Origin: Negaprion brevirostris
Taxonomy: Eukaryota
Direction of reading: 5' to 3'
DNA length: 64,000 bases
Assembly: GCA_030324005.1 (NCBI GenBank)
Contig: JARDVH010000031.1
Coordinates: forward strand, 66,004,767-66,068,766
Below the pieces are notes generated by a model. That model was not told the DNA's origin. It did no database searches and was given only the letters and a program-made list of their open reading frames with translations. Position numbers and translations under genes: made by a program. Below, piece after piece: positions 1-12,179 of the stretch (within the stretch, counting starts at the first letter, position 1; each line of letters opens with the position of its first letter).

Positions 1-224
1 TACTTTTCCCCAAGAACGCCTCCTTCCAGTTTATTCGTCCAATTATCTGCCTGATGTCTTCATATTTGAATGCCAAGGCTTTGTTGAAATTATGCAAACT
101 ATATGCAATATGGTCTCCAAATCAAATTTAATTTATATGTCTGTGTGGATCATATTTGTTATATTCTAAATGTTCACTTTCAATGTAATGTTTTCCTTGA
201 GTTCAGGTTTAGGTGACAACCTTG

Positions 225-475
225 GCCCCAATGGGAGGAATACTCAAGTCATAAAAGTACAACTACAGCACATGAACATCCCAGGCGGCCACTCCAGTGC
301 AGTTTTGGGTGCTGCAGCTTGTTTGAATCAGCCATTAAGCCAAGGCCTTGTTTTCTATGTCAGCTGAACGTAGAAGCTTCAGTGGTATATTTTGAAGAAG
401 AACATGCAAATTTCCCTGGAGTCCAAACCAGAGTTGTGCCTCAACCAACATCACCAAATACAGAACTACTCACAG
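225..475 (+). mobile_element. Degraded DeuSINE (SacSINE1/AmnSINE-like) fragment
   Basis: cactccagtgcag...ttaagccaaggcc...tattttgaagaagaacatg...cctcaaccaacatcacc resembles the Deu central domain; related copy at 46320-46730 on the other strand. Confidence 0.55.
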
Positions 476-499
476 TGACCCAGAGGTTTCAAAGAAGAC

Positions 500-900
500 A
501 GATGTTAGGCCAAGTATTATTAAGGATATCGCTTTACGCAATTTGGGGACTGTAATTGAAGCTGGAAGCATTGGAAGTACGCCCAGGGATCTCCAAGGGT
601 CTGAGAACAATACAGTCAAGGAGCATTGTGGTAAGGAGTTCTAAGAAACATAGGGGATGGATCTTGCCACTTGCAAGTATTGGCAGAGCATGTAGGAGAC
701 TTCCAGGGGGAATTGCATTGTTTGGGAGGATTAAGAAGGATGGTGAGGACCAAAGTTTGAATCAACACTGGGAAGAGGTCCTGGGTTTCAAAAGTGGGGG
801 TAGTGTTTGATAGAAAGATCCTGGATCCACGAGACTGGGAAGGTGATTTGTTAGCAGTGGTGCAGGTTGGGCTGGGGGTGGAGAGGAAGGGAGTGGACAT
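500..900 (-). mobile_element. Degraded L2-clade LINE ORF2 fragment
   Basis: Minus-strand peptide SRGSRIFLSNTTPTFETQDLFP resembles the L2 ORF2 linker; heavily decayed. Confidence 0.35.
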
Positions 901-1223
901 TGTAATGCTGAGTGCAAAGAGTGATCGATTTTATCCACAGTGCACTGAAATATCTACCCCCTACTTCATTTAGTGGTGAACTCTCAACTGTATTTTTTAA
1001 AATTTCTATTAAATACATTTTTAATTAAAATGTCAAAGATCAGAGGAATAAAGAGCCACTGAATTTTCATGCATTCAGTGCTCTTTTTCCTGCATTACAC
1101 TTCCAAAATGCCTCTCTGAGAATTGAAAGTTTCTGTTAATGAATTTGGAGGCAAAAGGAAGAGAGCAGAAATAGACGGAGAAGCGAGGTTTATCAGAATT
1201 GACGTGGGCAGTTACCGTTCTGA

Positions 1224-1528
1224 TCATAGAATCCCTACATTGCAGAAAAAGGCCATTCAGCCCATCAAGTCTGCACTGACCTTCTGAAAGAGCATTCAAC
1301 CTAGGCCTACTGCCCCTACCTAACCCCATAACTCCATGCATTGATCATGGCCAATCCACCTGACTTAATCTACCTTTGGACTGTGGGAGGAAACCGGAGC
1401 ACCCGGAGGAAACCCATGCAGACATGGGAGAATGAGCAAACTCCACACAGTCACCCAAAGCCAGAATTGAACCTAGGTCCCTGGTGCTGTGAGGCAGCAG
1501 TGCCAACCACTGTGCCGCTGTGCCACCC
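1224..1528 (-). mobile_element. HE1-like V-SINE, CR1-type tail
   Basis: tRNA-like head (GGCACAGTGGTTGGCACTGCTGCCTCACAG on -), V-core GGGTTTCCTCCGGGTGCTCCGGTTTCCTCCCACAGTCC, tail GGGATTCTATGA. Confidence 0.9.
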
Positions 1529-1911
1529 ACCTAACAAAATCTAATAGTTCAAATTTATCTTCTAGCCAGATTGAAATCACTTGGAAATACATACACTGCA
1601 ACCAATATTTGCTTTCTAGGTAGCTATATGTAATATTAAGATTTTAATTTATAATGAAGTTGTGACAATTAACTTTGCAAACTTAATGTAACAATGAACT
1701 GTGCATGAGGTAAACATTATTGTATGCTTTAAATTATGAAATACTATCTAGCATAAAATCATTTATTTGGATTTTATGGTGAAATATATTCTGTGTTATC
1801 AATAAACTTATTAATGTCCAAACTGTTTGAAAACCAACTCATTGTAAAATATGACTTGTTTTTATTTACACTGGGGGCTGAATTTCCACTGCAAAGAGAT
1901 AACTTAGATAA

Positions 1912-2935
1912 GAACATAAGAAATAAGGGCTGGTGTAGGCCATTTGGTCCTCGAGACTGCTCCATCTTATACAATTTTTGTTGCTCTGATTGTGACTCAA
2001 CCTATTTTCCTGCCCAACCTCATGACCTTTGACTCCCTTGTGGATCAAAAATCTGTCAGCCTTGAATCTATTACAACAAACCAGCCTCCACCGCTCTCCA
2101 AGGTAGAGAATTCCAAAGGTTAACTAACCTCGGAAAGATGAAATTCTCCCCCATTATAAATGTGAGACCCATTATTTTGAAACTGTGTCCCCTAGTCCTA
2201 GCTTCTGCCATAAGGTAATACATCCTCTCAGCATCTAATCTGTTAAGCCCCTCAGAACTTCAATGAGATAGCACCTCATTCTTCTCAACTCCAATGAGTA
2301 TAGGCCCAACCTGTGCAACCTTTCCTCACAGGGCAACCTCCTTCATCCCAGGAATCAANNNNNNNTGAACTGCCTCCAATGCAAGTGTATTCCCCCTTAA
2401 ACAAGGAGACCAAAGCTGTGCCAAAGCCAAGTATGATCTTTGCAATATTCTGCACAGCTGTAGTAAGGCTCTCCTACTTTAGTATTCCATCTCCCCTGCA
2501 ATAAAAGCCAACATTCCATTTAGCTTCCATTAACATTCCATTTGCTGTAGCTGCATGCTAATGCTTTATGATTCATGTACAAGGACACTGTCCGCACTGC
2601 AGCATTTTGCAATCTCCATTTAAAAAATATTCTGCTTTTCTATGCTTCTTGATAAAGTGGACAACCTCACTTTTCCCACATTATATTCCAGCTGCCAGAT
2701 TTTTGCCCGCTCGCATAATCTACCTAAACCCTGAAGCAGACTTTTTCCATGTTCCTCACAATTTACTTTCTTACCTAATTGTGTACTGTCAGTAAATTTG
2801 GCTATAATACACTTGGCTCCTTCACCCTAGTCACGAAAATAAATTCTGAATAGTCAAGCTTCCAGCACTGATTCCTCTGGCACTTCGCTCGTTGCAGTTT
2901 ACTAACCTGAAAACAACCCATTCGTCCTGACTCTC
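1912..2935 (-). mobile_element. CR1/HER1-like LINE, 3' part of ORF2 plus 3'UTR
   Basis: Starts with reversed tail aacataagaaata and ggccatt stem; decayed RT C-terminal motifs (acaacctcacttttcccacattatattcca, cf. WQMEYNVGKCEV); resumes about 3180-3250 after a MITE. Confidence 0.85.
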
Positions 2936-2937
2936 TG

Positions 2938-3180
2938 AGGGGAGTTTTCCCATCCTGCTCTGTACAGGAATCGTTGTGGGCAGAGGACAGTGGACCATGC
3001 AAAGACCCATTGACCTTGCGTGGGATTTTCCAATTTTGGGGCAAGNNNNNNNNNNNNNNNNNNNNNNNNNNNNNNNNNNNNNNNNNNNNNNNNNNNNNNN
3101 NNNNNNNNNNNNNNNNNNNNNNNNNNNNNNNNNNNNNNNNNNNNNAATTTTGGGGCAAGCACTGCTGGAAAATCCTGCCC
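2938..3180. mobile_element. MITE (Harbinger-like non-autonomous element) spanning an assembly gap
   Basis: Termini gggggagttttcc / ggaaaatcctgccc; colinear with copies at 4143-4272 and 10861-10987. Confidence 0.65.
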
Positions 3181-3434
3181 TCTGTGCCTTGTCAGTTAGC
3201 CCATTCTCTATCCACTTCTACCTACATCAGTTCCCCAGATGCCAACAATTCTGTACTGGGAAATGTACCAGGTCACAGTTAGAACTAACGAGTGATTTGT
3301 TGCATCAGCAGGGAATTTTTATTCAGTGCTATGCACACAAGACTGAAACTAAGGCCCAGAACCTGGCTCATGATGTTATCAGTGTTCACGTTACTTACAT
3401 CTTAAAAGGATACTGTCCCAACATGACATACACC

Positions 3435-3785
3435 AATAATTTAAAATTCCTATCTATATGCTAAAAATTCTTCACAACCTCACCCATCTCTATAACCGTA
3501 ACCTTCTCTAGCCCTACGACACTCTCAATGGTTTAATTTCTCACACTCAGCCTCAAACATGGCCCTTCATCTCAATATTGGCAGCAGTGCCTTAAACTGC
3601 TTAGATCCATTCTCTAGAATTTCATTTCTGGACCCCTCCATCTCCCTCACTTTCCTTAAGGCACTATTAAAAACTCATGTCTTTATCTCCCGTATCAGCA
3701 TCTATTTTTTGGGATTATACTTTTGTGAATAAGCTTTGGGATGATTGTGCCAAAGGAACAATAGAAATACAAAATGTTGTGCTGT
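3435..3785 (+). mobile_element. L2-clade LINE 3' end, degraded
   Basis: aatttaaaattcct...attggcagcagtgccttaaactgc...aaaactcatgtcttt...aagctttgggatg...aaatgttgt matches L2 3' architecture; sister copies at 49270-49440 and 58590-59270. Confidence 0.5.
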
Positions 3786-3954
3786 TATAGAAGAATAAAA
3801 TTAAGCCCCCGTTTATTCAAAACATTCTTTTCGTTGTCCAAGCTTATTATCGTACCCGAACAATCATTTCACATGTGAAAATTAAGATGTGAAAATATGC
3901 CAAAATTGCACAATCTAAAGCAATGAATGTTAAAAGGAGATAGTTACATTCTCG

Positions 3955-4480
3955 TTTGCTGGAGGTGGTCATTGGCTGACACTTGTGTGAGGCAAATATT
4001 ACTTGCCACTTCTCAGCCAAAACCTAAATTCTGTTTAGGTTTTGTTGCATGCAGATACAGATTGCTTCACTATCTGAGGAGTGGTGAATAGTACAGAGTA
4101 CTGTGTAATCATCAACGAGTATCCTCACTTCTGACCTTACGAAAGCTGGAATGTTACTGGCCTGCCCATCATGGGAATCGGAGCAGGTAAGGGGTGGACC
4201 ATGGAAATTTCTGTTTACCTCGGGCAGGATTTTACAGTTTTTTGGATGGGGCGAGGCCATAAAATCCTGCCCAAAATTTTTGAGGAAGCAGCTGAAGATG
4301 ATAGGGTTGAGGACACTAACCTGAGAAACTGTCCTGGGACTGAGATGATTGACCTCCAACAACCACAACCATCTTCTTTTGTGATAAGCATGACTCCAGC
4401 TAGTAAAACGTTCCCATTGACTTCGCATTTGCTAGAATTCCTTGACGCCACACCTGGTCAAACACTCCCTTGATGTCACT
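3955..4480 (-). mobile_element. CR1-group LINE (second family) RT fragment with MITE insertion
   Basis: Minus ORF contains VSQVSVLNPIIFSCFL and RILVDDYTV (decayed GVPQGSVLGP and FADD motifs); interrupted at 4143-4272. Confidence 0.75.
4143..4272. mobile_element. MITE
   Basis: Termini gctggaatgttac / ataaaatcctgccc; same family as 10861-10987. Confidence 0.6.
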
Positions 4481-4686
4481 CCCACTGCACTTCTTCTACA
4501 TTTCCAGCTTTGACCTCTTTCTTTGTTCTTCTAGTTTGTAGGTCCCTCTTTGCGACTGGTATATCTTTCCAGCTGACTCTCTACCACTCACTCTCTGTCT
4601 TTCACAATTCTTTCCTAATTGATTAAATGCTTAATCCTCAAGGATTCTCCCAATCAGCTGTTGCAATTTCAATGAAGGGCAGATAG

Positions 4687-5000
4687 GGGCAGTATGGTGG
4701 CACTGTGTTTAGCACTGCTGCCTCACAGTGCCAGAGACCAGGGTTTGATTCCTGACTTGGGTCATTGTCCATGTGGTGTTTGCATGTTCTCCCTGTGTCT
4801 GCGTGGGTTTCCGCTGGGTGCTCTGGTTTCCTCCCACAGTCTGAAGATGTGCCGGATAGATGGATTGGCCATGTTAAATTGCCCCTTAGTGTCAGGGGGA
4901 CTAGGTAGGTTAAATGCATGGATAGGGCCTGGGTGGTATTGAGATCAGTGCAGACATGATGGACCAAATAATCTCTTTCGACACTCTAGGATTCTATGAT
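4687..5000 (+). mobile_element. HE1-like V-SINE, CR1-type tail
   Basis: Full head, V-core and ggattctatgat tail. Confidence 0.9.
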
Positions 5001-5029
5001 ATTTTGTATAAAGGGGATTTCTGCTTAAG

Positions 5030-5800
5030 CCACAGAAGTCGATCGAGAAAATGCCCTGAGGAAATTTCCAGCGCTCGCCTTTCAGTCTGCATGATTATTA
5101 ACACACAATGCTAGAACCCATTTTTTGCATTTCATAGGCACAAACTGATCTGTTGTGAATATTCAACAGTTTTTGTTTTTATTAGTTATAGTAAGGAGAT
5201 ACATTAAACCAGGATTATGCTATGATCACCTCAAAAGCATTCTATATCTTCTGCAAATACTTAAAACGCTGCTAGTACAAGCATGGGGTAAAATTCATAA
5301 TACAAGAGAGTAGAGTGCTTTGGGTCATATTATAGAGTCTTAACAGAAGAAAGGAGATCATTTGGCCCTTCAAATCTATGGGGGGAATATTTTGAGCACC
5401 ATCTGGGATTTGAACACCATTCATAAGAATGCGAATCTCGCAATGCAGATGTTTCCTTGGTATTGGCATCAACACTCATGTCAAAAAGAGTTCAAGTTGA
5501 CAGCTGAATGAGACAAGACAATAGAATACTAATCACAATTATTCCATTTGATTTAAACGATAATCCTTCAGCACACATTACACTTGCTCAAGAAGAAGAT
5601 CCTGCTGGCGAAATAAAATTTCACAGTTTCTTAAAAAGTAATTAGATTTTATTAATGGAGGTGTAGTTTAATGTGACATTTTGAAACAGATACATAAGAA
5701 AAATCACAGCAACAAATAATACTCAATATTGTGTTACAACATGGTAATTAACTGTAATAAGTTGTGACAAGGAAGGATAATTTTTACCGAGACAGTGATG
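5030..5800. promoter_or_regulatory. Candidate conserved non-coding element or enhancer block
   Basis: No recognisable repeat; retained CpGs; clustered TAAT/ATTA motifs (TAATCC, TAATTA, TTTATTAATGG); conservation not testable here. Confidence 0.3.
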
Positions 5801-6122
5801 AAGAGATCAAAAGAAATTTCATTCACAGCTTCTTATTAACTTGCCAGTTCCATTTCTCAGATTGCATACAGTACAACCTGTTGAAGATAATGTTACATCT
5901 AATCTCTGTAATCATATTCAAGTAACTTGTCCCTTCTGGTTTTGTCATCAATACAGCTGACCCATGTTAATTGGGGTATTCATGCACAAACTTATCCTTG
6001 TCTTTGCATGATATCCCAGCCAGCAAAACTCTATATTTATTTCAAGTATTTTGAACTGTATTGACGTCTGAGAGAAGCCCTATAAAATAATCCTTTCATG
6101 TTGTTAAAACTTTAGGAGATAG

Positions 6123-6292
6123 TAGCCGTATTCTCCGGTCTCGTACACCCTGCTACCACTGCCAACAAGAACAGGCAATTTGGCACTCAGCCAAATCTCC
6201 GTTCACAACAATGGGACTGGAGGATTCCTGCCATGGAGAATTCTGTAAGAATTCTCACAACACCAGGTTTACATCGTGGAGAATACTGGCCA
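6123..6292. mobile_element. MITE
   Basis: Inverted termini gccgtattctcc / ggagaatactggc. Confidence 0.55.
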
Positions 6293-6352
6293 GTATTTAA
6301 CCTATTAAACTAATACTAATGTAATTTAAACACATAATCAACATGTTACAAT

Positions 6353-6652
6353 TCATAAAATCCCTACAGTTCAGAAGGAGGCCATTTGGTCCATTGAGCC
6401 TGCACTGACAACAATCTCACCTTATCCTCATAACCTTATATGTTTACCTGGTTAATCCCTCCAAAATTAGGGTCAATTTAGCATAGTCAATCAAACTAAC
6501 CTGCACATCTTTGGACTGTGGGAGGAAACTGGAGCACTCAGAGGAAACCCATGCAGACATAGGGAGAACGTGCAAACAACACACAAGCCGGCGAATTGAA
6601 CCGGGATCCCTGACACTGTGAGGCAGCAGTGCTAACCACTGTGCCACCATGC
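6353..6652 (-). mobile_element. HE1-like V-SINE
   Basis: Head, V-core and CR1-type tail present. Confidence 0.9.
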
Positions 6653-7404
6653 AGTGACAGATCATAACAAGTCACTCCATATTTCTGGTACTTTTAATTG
6701 TTACAAACTAGAAATATTTGAATACTTCCAACTTTTAAATTCTTTCTTAATTTCTTCCAATAAATATATATTGTATATATCATAGATACATTGCACCATC
6801 CTATTCACACAGTCATGCCTCTGCATCACTGTGTGAAGATGGCAAAATTAGAGTTATTATTACAGGCTGTGTACACTTTGGGAAATCTGTATTATTTGGA
6901 GGTAAGGATAATTTGACAAGTTCTATAACTGTGCCAAGGGTACGACTCATATTCAGCATTTGGTCATATCCCTTGGTGTTCCTGGGAGGACAGTTGGTAG
7001 TTTATGGTGTAATTCTGTTCTTAAAAGTGTTTTGAATATGTATGAATGCAGCCCAGAATTGCAAAGAAAGAATTGATACTTCTTGTATTCTAAGTTGCAG
7101 ATAGATGCCATGTATTACCAAGTTGCTATACATCCCATAAATTTTTAACCCATATGTTTACTTTGGAAAGAATTATTCTTCCCCACATTTGATTGGAAAT
7201 CAGACTAGGGCTAGGAAGAATGTATCTCCATGCACCTTAGTGACAAATGTGCAGTAGAGGCATATTATCTCAGGAGACTAGCGCAGACAACAATAGGTCT
7301 GCATCGAAAATTGTGAGGCAGATTGCACAGGCTGTGGGTAATTTAGAAAGAATTATGAATGAATCCAGAAGTTATAAATGTAATTAACTAATTCCTGAGT
7401 ATTA

Positions 7405-7860
7405 CTGAAAAGAGACACGTCATCAATGCTTTTTATCTTGCACTCATCAAGACATGAAATGTAAAGGGAACAACAATTTATATATTTCATGAGAGGAGAT
7501 TGCTCATTGATCGGCAGTGGTAGAGGCATTGTCATGGGAAATGCACCAGCTCACTAATGACTGACAGGTAACTGCCAAGCTTTGTTTAAATCCAAATGAG
7601 GCTAGTTGAATCTGATGAGTCAAGGCATTGCCCTGGAGAATGAACCAGAGAATGTCTGTTGCCTACTTTGATCAGTTGAAACAAGCGTGATGTGTGTTGA
7701 AATAGGGCACATGCTGAAATAGGGCATGTTAAAGCCAGATAATACCTCCGCTGTTCAAATGATTGCTCACTGCGTATCGTGCAATGAATGGGCCTAAGGT
7801 CACCACTTGCAGTCCTGAAAAGTGCCTAGTGCATCTCAGATTACTCTGGAAGGGTAAGGT
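7405..7860. mobile_element. Penelope-like element fragment: inverted pLTR-like part (-) joined to ORF fragment (+)
   Basis: 7790-7860 (+) translates GPKVTTCSPEKCLVHLRLLWKGKV, resembling the PLE RT/GIY-YIG linker; 7421-7454 (-) holds a decayed hammerhead-like core TGTC TTGATGA GT GCAAG AT AAAA. Confidence 0.5.
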
Positions 7861-8012
7861 GAGGACTGTATATGTCATCTGGCAGTTCATTTCTGAGGCA
7901 CAAACAAGTACCACATTTTCACAAGCAACATAAATGCCTGGTAGCATTGCAACACACCTCAAGGCCAACCCAGACATACATTCAGGAAAGGGAGTGGAAT
8001 AGTCATCCTTAC

Positions 8013-8090
8013 CAAAATACCTTCCATTCTTAATTTCATGTCCAAATTTATATCCGTTGGACCTGCTGCTCAGCCTTGTTTGAAAACAAA
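8013..8090 (-). CDS. Candidate 78-nt phase-1/phase-1 internal exon of an unidentified gene
   Basis: cattttcag|TTTGTTTTC...GTATTTTG|gtaagg; only one frame open: CFQTRLSSRSNGYKFGHEIKNGRYF; no homologue recognised. Confidence 0.25.
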
Positions 8091-8308
8091 CTGAAAATGA
8101 TCACTGGGGATAGTTGTAAGAAAGCAAATGGACCAGTAATAAAAGAAATTCTTGCTTCCAAGAGAGTCGGGACTCTAAAATCTCCCACAGTCCATAATGT
8201 CACGAAAGAGAAAATGATGTTACTTGCACTGTGTGTAGTAAGTTAGTTGTTAAAATGTTTACAATATTGTATCTTACACAGTAATGTTTTTTGATTTTTA
8301 GGGATTGG

Positions 8309-9042
8309 TGTTATGAATGTTGACTTTACATGATGATTATGGTTTTAAATGTTCCTTCTAACATGAGGTAGAATTGAGGATTCTGAGACCACCTCAGGCA
8401 GACCTATGTGATCTGGTTGCCATGGAGAAGAAAGTCAAACAGAAACCTTTTGCAAACAAATGATAGTTTTTACAGCTTGACGCAATAGCTCACAGAGAAA
8501 GGAAAGCAGCTTTTTGGTGGCAGAGAGAGGGAAAGAAAAGACAACTATTGCTACAAAGAAGCAGAAAGACTGTTTTGGACTAACAGCCAAGCAGGATGCT
8601 TGTGAGTGCTTGTTTTCTGTTTGAAAAAAATGGACAGAGCAGATGAGACTTTGGGAGAATTAGGGAAAGAGGAGTTACCAAGGGGAGCCTTGTTGGTGAA
8701 TGTTGGGTCTGGAAGACTTAGGCTGAGTGGAACAGTTTTTGAAGAACACTAGAAGTTTCATACTAGCTCAGTAGAGAAGTAAATCTGTTGGAGAGCTGAG
8801 AGTAACTTTGAACTTGATCCTGCCAGAACTGAAGCATACAGCAAAAGATGTGTCTCAATTTGTGTTAAATAGTTAATTTATGAGCACCTTCCCTATTGTT
8901 TGGTGCACCAGTTTGGTGTAATATTTATTCTATGCTAATTTTAGTTTGTTTGTTTCAATGGAAGTGATAAAATGTGAAATTTTGCCCGCAGTTATTCTGT
9001 TGGTTGCTGGGAAATTTTACAAGCTTATCAATCTTCCTAACA
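8309..9042 (+). mobile_element. Possible solo LTR (Gypsy-like)
   Basis: Begins TGTTATGA and ends TCCTAACA (7/8 inverted match, TG..CA); purine-rich body then T-rich 3' part; no target-site duplication seen. Confidence 0.35.
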
Positions 9043-10354
9043 GCCTACGCATTCATTATATTTCAATATAGCCCTCTGTGTCTTGTCAGTTAGCCAATTC
9101 TCTATCCAATTATATTTTAATAGCTGGACAATGTATAAATGCATGATAGATATTTTGCACAAGCCTATACCATCCCAGAACGTGTAATTTTACTGTTTCT
9201 TCATGAAATCAATAACATAGGAAGAGGTTTTTTGCTTGTTGTTTGGAGAAAGAGTTTGGATGAGCCACAGCAATAGCTCAATGTGAAGGCTCTCTCTGCT
9301 GGTTACAGATGTAATTACATAATATTATAAAAGCACTGGTCCAGGGGACCAATGTTTAGAAAGTCAGTTGTAGCTTATCCATTAAAGAGATTGGAAAACT
9401 TACAATTCCTCTTAAAGATCCACCTCTGTGAAGTTTTGGTTGACATAAGTTGCAATACGTCAAAAAGGAAAAAATAATTTCACATGTGGCACATTGTAAC
9501 TTTGGCTTCCATGAATGCAACCATGATGCCTTTTAAATGGAATTTTTTGCACTGTAAATTCTTGTGTATTTTCAATGGCATAGATTGCAATTATTTTAAC
9601 ACTTAGATACTATAAAGGCATTCCAAACAGCATTTTCCCCAGTTCCAAACATTTTATCAGAGGGTTCCTGGCCTCCTTGGGCATCTGATCTAATTTCTGC
9701 ACCCACTCACTGTCCCTAACATGGCTCTCATTGGGTTTGATCTGGGGATAGGGCTGCTTTATTTTATTGAGGCTTAGGAATTAAAATGACCCAGGTCTCA
9801 CACTAAACCATTCATAAGATTTGCCTCATTTCCTACTTCACCCCTAAATATCTCTTGAGTCGAAACTGACCTCTACGTACATTCCCCACAAGTACAGTCT
9901 TTCTGCTGACTGGCTGGGCTCGGTCCGTGATACTGTAGAAACACAGCACATTACTGCCCTTTACAGCTTCTGTAAATATTTTGGTCTCCATCATCTTTTC
10001 TAATTCTTTGGAGGTACATTTTAATGGCAGTCATCAAGGCCGCAGTCACAGAATAAGCAACCTCTCTTTTATTCCTGACATTATGAAGTGCATGGCACTC
10101 TATTACATATGCTCAGTGGGATGAGGTTCCCCTTGGTTTAGTTTGAATGTACAGTATTTCACCATGCACCTTAGCTGCCCATGTTTTTCATCCATAGTCA
10201 GCATTTCTATACCATTGTCTTAGTGTCAGCTTTTTCTAATGAAAGTTTGTATTTTTGTTGCTCTGTGTTAAAAGCTTCTCTAGAATGTGTGATGTTATTT
10301 AATGCACGTTTGCAGTGCCCCAACCGCTGAAACCAAAAGTTCAGAGTTTTGTGC

Positions 10355-10492
10355 TGGCTTAGCACTGCTGTGCCTCACAGTGCCAGGGACCCAGGTTCAA
10401 TTCTGGCCTCGGGTCACTATCTGTGTGGAGTTTGCACATTCTCCCCCTGTCTGCGTGGGTTTCTTCCGGGTGCTCTGGTTTCCTCCAACAGT
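10355..10492 (+). mobile_element. HE1-like V-SINE, 5' part, interrupted by a Penelope-like fragment
   Basis: Head and V-core up to cctccaacagt, then switch to PLE-like sequence. Confidence 0.85.
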
Positions 10493-10564
10493 AAAAAGTC
10501 TGACAACACCAGGTTTTAGTCCAACTGATTTATTTGATAATAAACCCACAAGCTTTCGAGGGGT
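10488..10564 (-). mobile_element. Penelope-like terminal fragment (family A), truncated by gap
   Basis: acagtaaaaagtctgacaacaccagg...cacaagctttcgagg is nearly identical to 15015-15088. Confidence 0.7.
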
Positions 10565-10664
10565 NNNNNNNNNNNNNNNNNNNNNNNNNNNNNNNNNNNN
10601 NNNNNNNNNNNNNNNNNNNNNNNNNNNNNNNNNNNNNNNNNNNNNNNNNNNNNNNNNNNNNNNN

Positions 10665-10742
10665 GGGACTGGTGGTGTTGAGATGGCGGCGCGGGCTCGT
10701 TGGGCCGAAGGGCCTGTTTCCCGGGCTGTTTTTGTTCTTTGA
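10665..10742 (+). mobile_element. CR1-type 3' tail
   Basis: gggccgaagggcctgttt stem-loop plus ttgttcttt tail. Confidence 0.6.
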
Positions 10743-10860
10743 CTACAGCCAGTGCAGGAAGGAAGGGCTGGGTTAGTGTTAAACACCTGCACAGTAGAAC
10801 AAATTAGGTGCCTGCCACAGTGCATGAGAGATTCAGTGCATAGCACTCCAGATAGACGAA

Positions 10861-10987
10861 GAGCGGAATTTTCCCATCCCACCCGCCATGGGAATCATAG
10901 TGGGTAGGGCAGGACCATGTAAAGATCCGTTGACTTCAGGTGGGATTTTCCAGTCTTGGGGCAAGCGCAGCAGGAAAATCCCACCCA
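10861..10987. mobile_element. MITE of about 127 bp
   Basis: TIRs gagcggaattttcc / ggaaaatcccaccc. Confidence 0.7.
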
Positions 10988-12179
10988 AAGTGATGTAAAA
11001 GAGGAAATATATAACATGGTTTGATAGAAATTATACCAGAAATAATGATGTAAAATGTGTCCGGCAGTGTTGGACTGCTACTATAGATGAGAGTGAGAAA
11101 GGATTGGCAATATGGGGCAATGCATGTCATGAGTATAGGATGTAGCTTTCAAAGAATGCCTGTGTGAAATGGGGAGCAGTTGTTGTTATGGAACCAACTA
11201 TGTCTGCAGCAGATTTACAGATACAGAAATAGGAGAATAGACACTGCAAGATTTTGGTCAATTGTTGATCAGTTGGAGTTTTCCCCCTTTCTGGTCAACA
11301 AATATCCTCATAGATTTCAAAATCAGTCACATCTCAGCAATCTTTAACACACAGTGCCCTTGTTTTTCTCTTGGTCTGTCCTCTGGGGCTGACTGCAGCT
11401 GTTCTTTAGGTCTGGCTTTATCTACACTGTTTTCTGGGGGTTTTGACCAGTTATCCTGCTGTCTTTTGGGAGACCCAACTGGCTACCCCCTCATGTAGAC
11501 TTCAGTATTTCCTTAAATATGTGCTTTTCTCTTTGATCTCTCCATTGTCTAACTTAGTCTCTATAGAAATGCTCTCTTCCTCGAATTGACTACATTGATT
11601 TTTTTAACATTAACTCTTGGGATTTAAAAAAAGTAAACTTTCCTTATATTTACATTAATTACTTTTTTACAATCTGCATATATACTTCTTTGAACTCAAA
11701 CAACCCATTTAAAGCTACTCCTGTTATTGCCTAATGGTAAAATCCTGATTCATGGTTCATTAACGTATCTAAACCAATTCTTACTGTTAACTTAGATTTT
11801 TGCAGCCACCCCTGTCTCTTACTTCGATTACCATAATCACGAACTCCCAACAGTCTGCCTCCAAGTATATAAGAAATAAGGCAGTGTTATTACCAAAAGA
11901 ATAATATTACACTTCCTTTGCTTTCTTGACAACAGAAAGAAAAGACAATATTGTGCCTGAGGGAGCTTGAAACAGGAATCGCCCGAGCCAAGTTACACTT
12001 CATATCTACTGTCATTGTTAGTATTAACTTATATTTCTGTATGATACCTAATAAACTCTCTGACTTGATTAAAGAGCATGAGTCAGTATCTTGTCAGCAA
12101 GTTAGGTCATTGGGGTTTAGGCGCATAACTCATAGATTTAGGTGTATAGATCTTTAGGTGCCACCAACAGGAACAGAAA

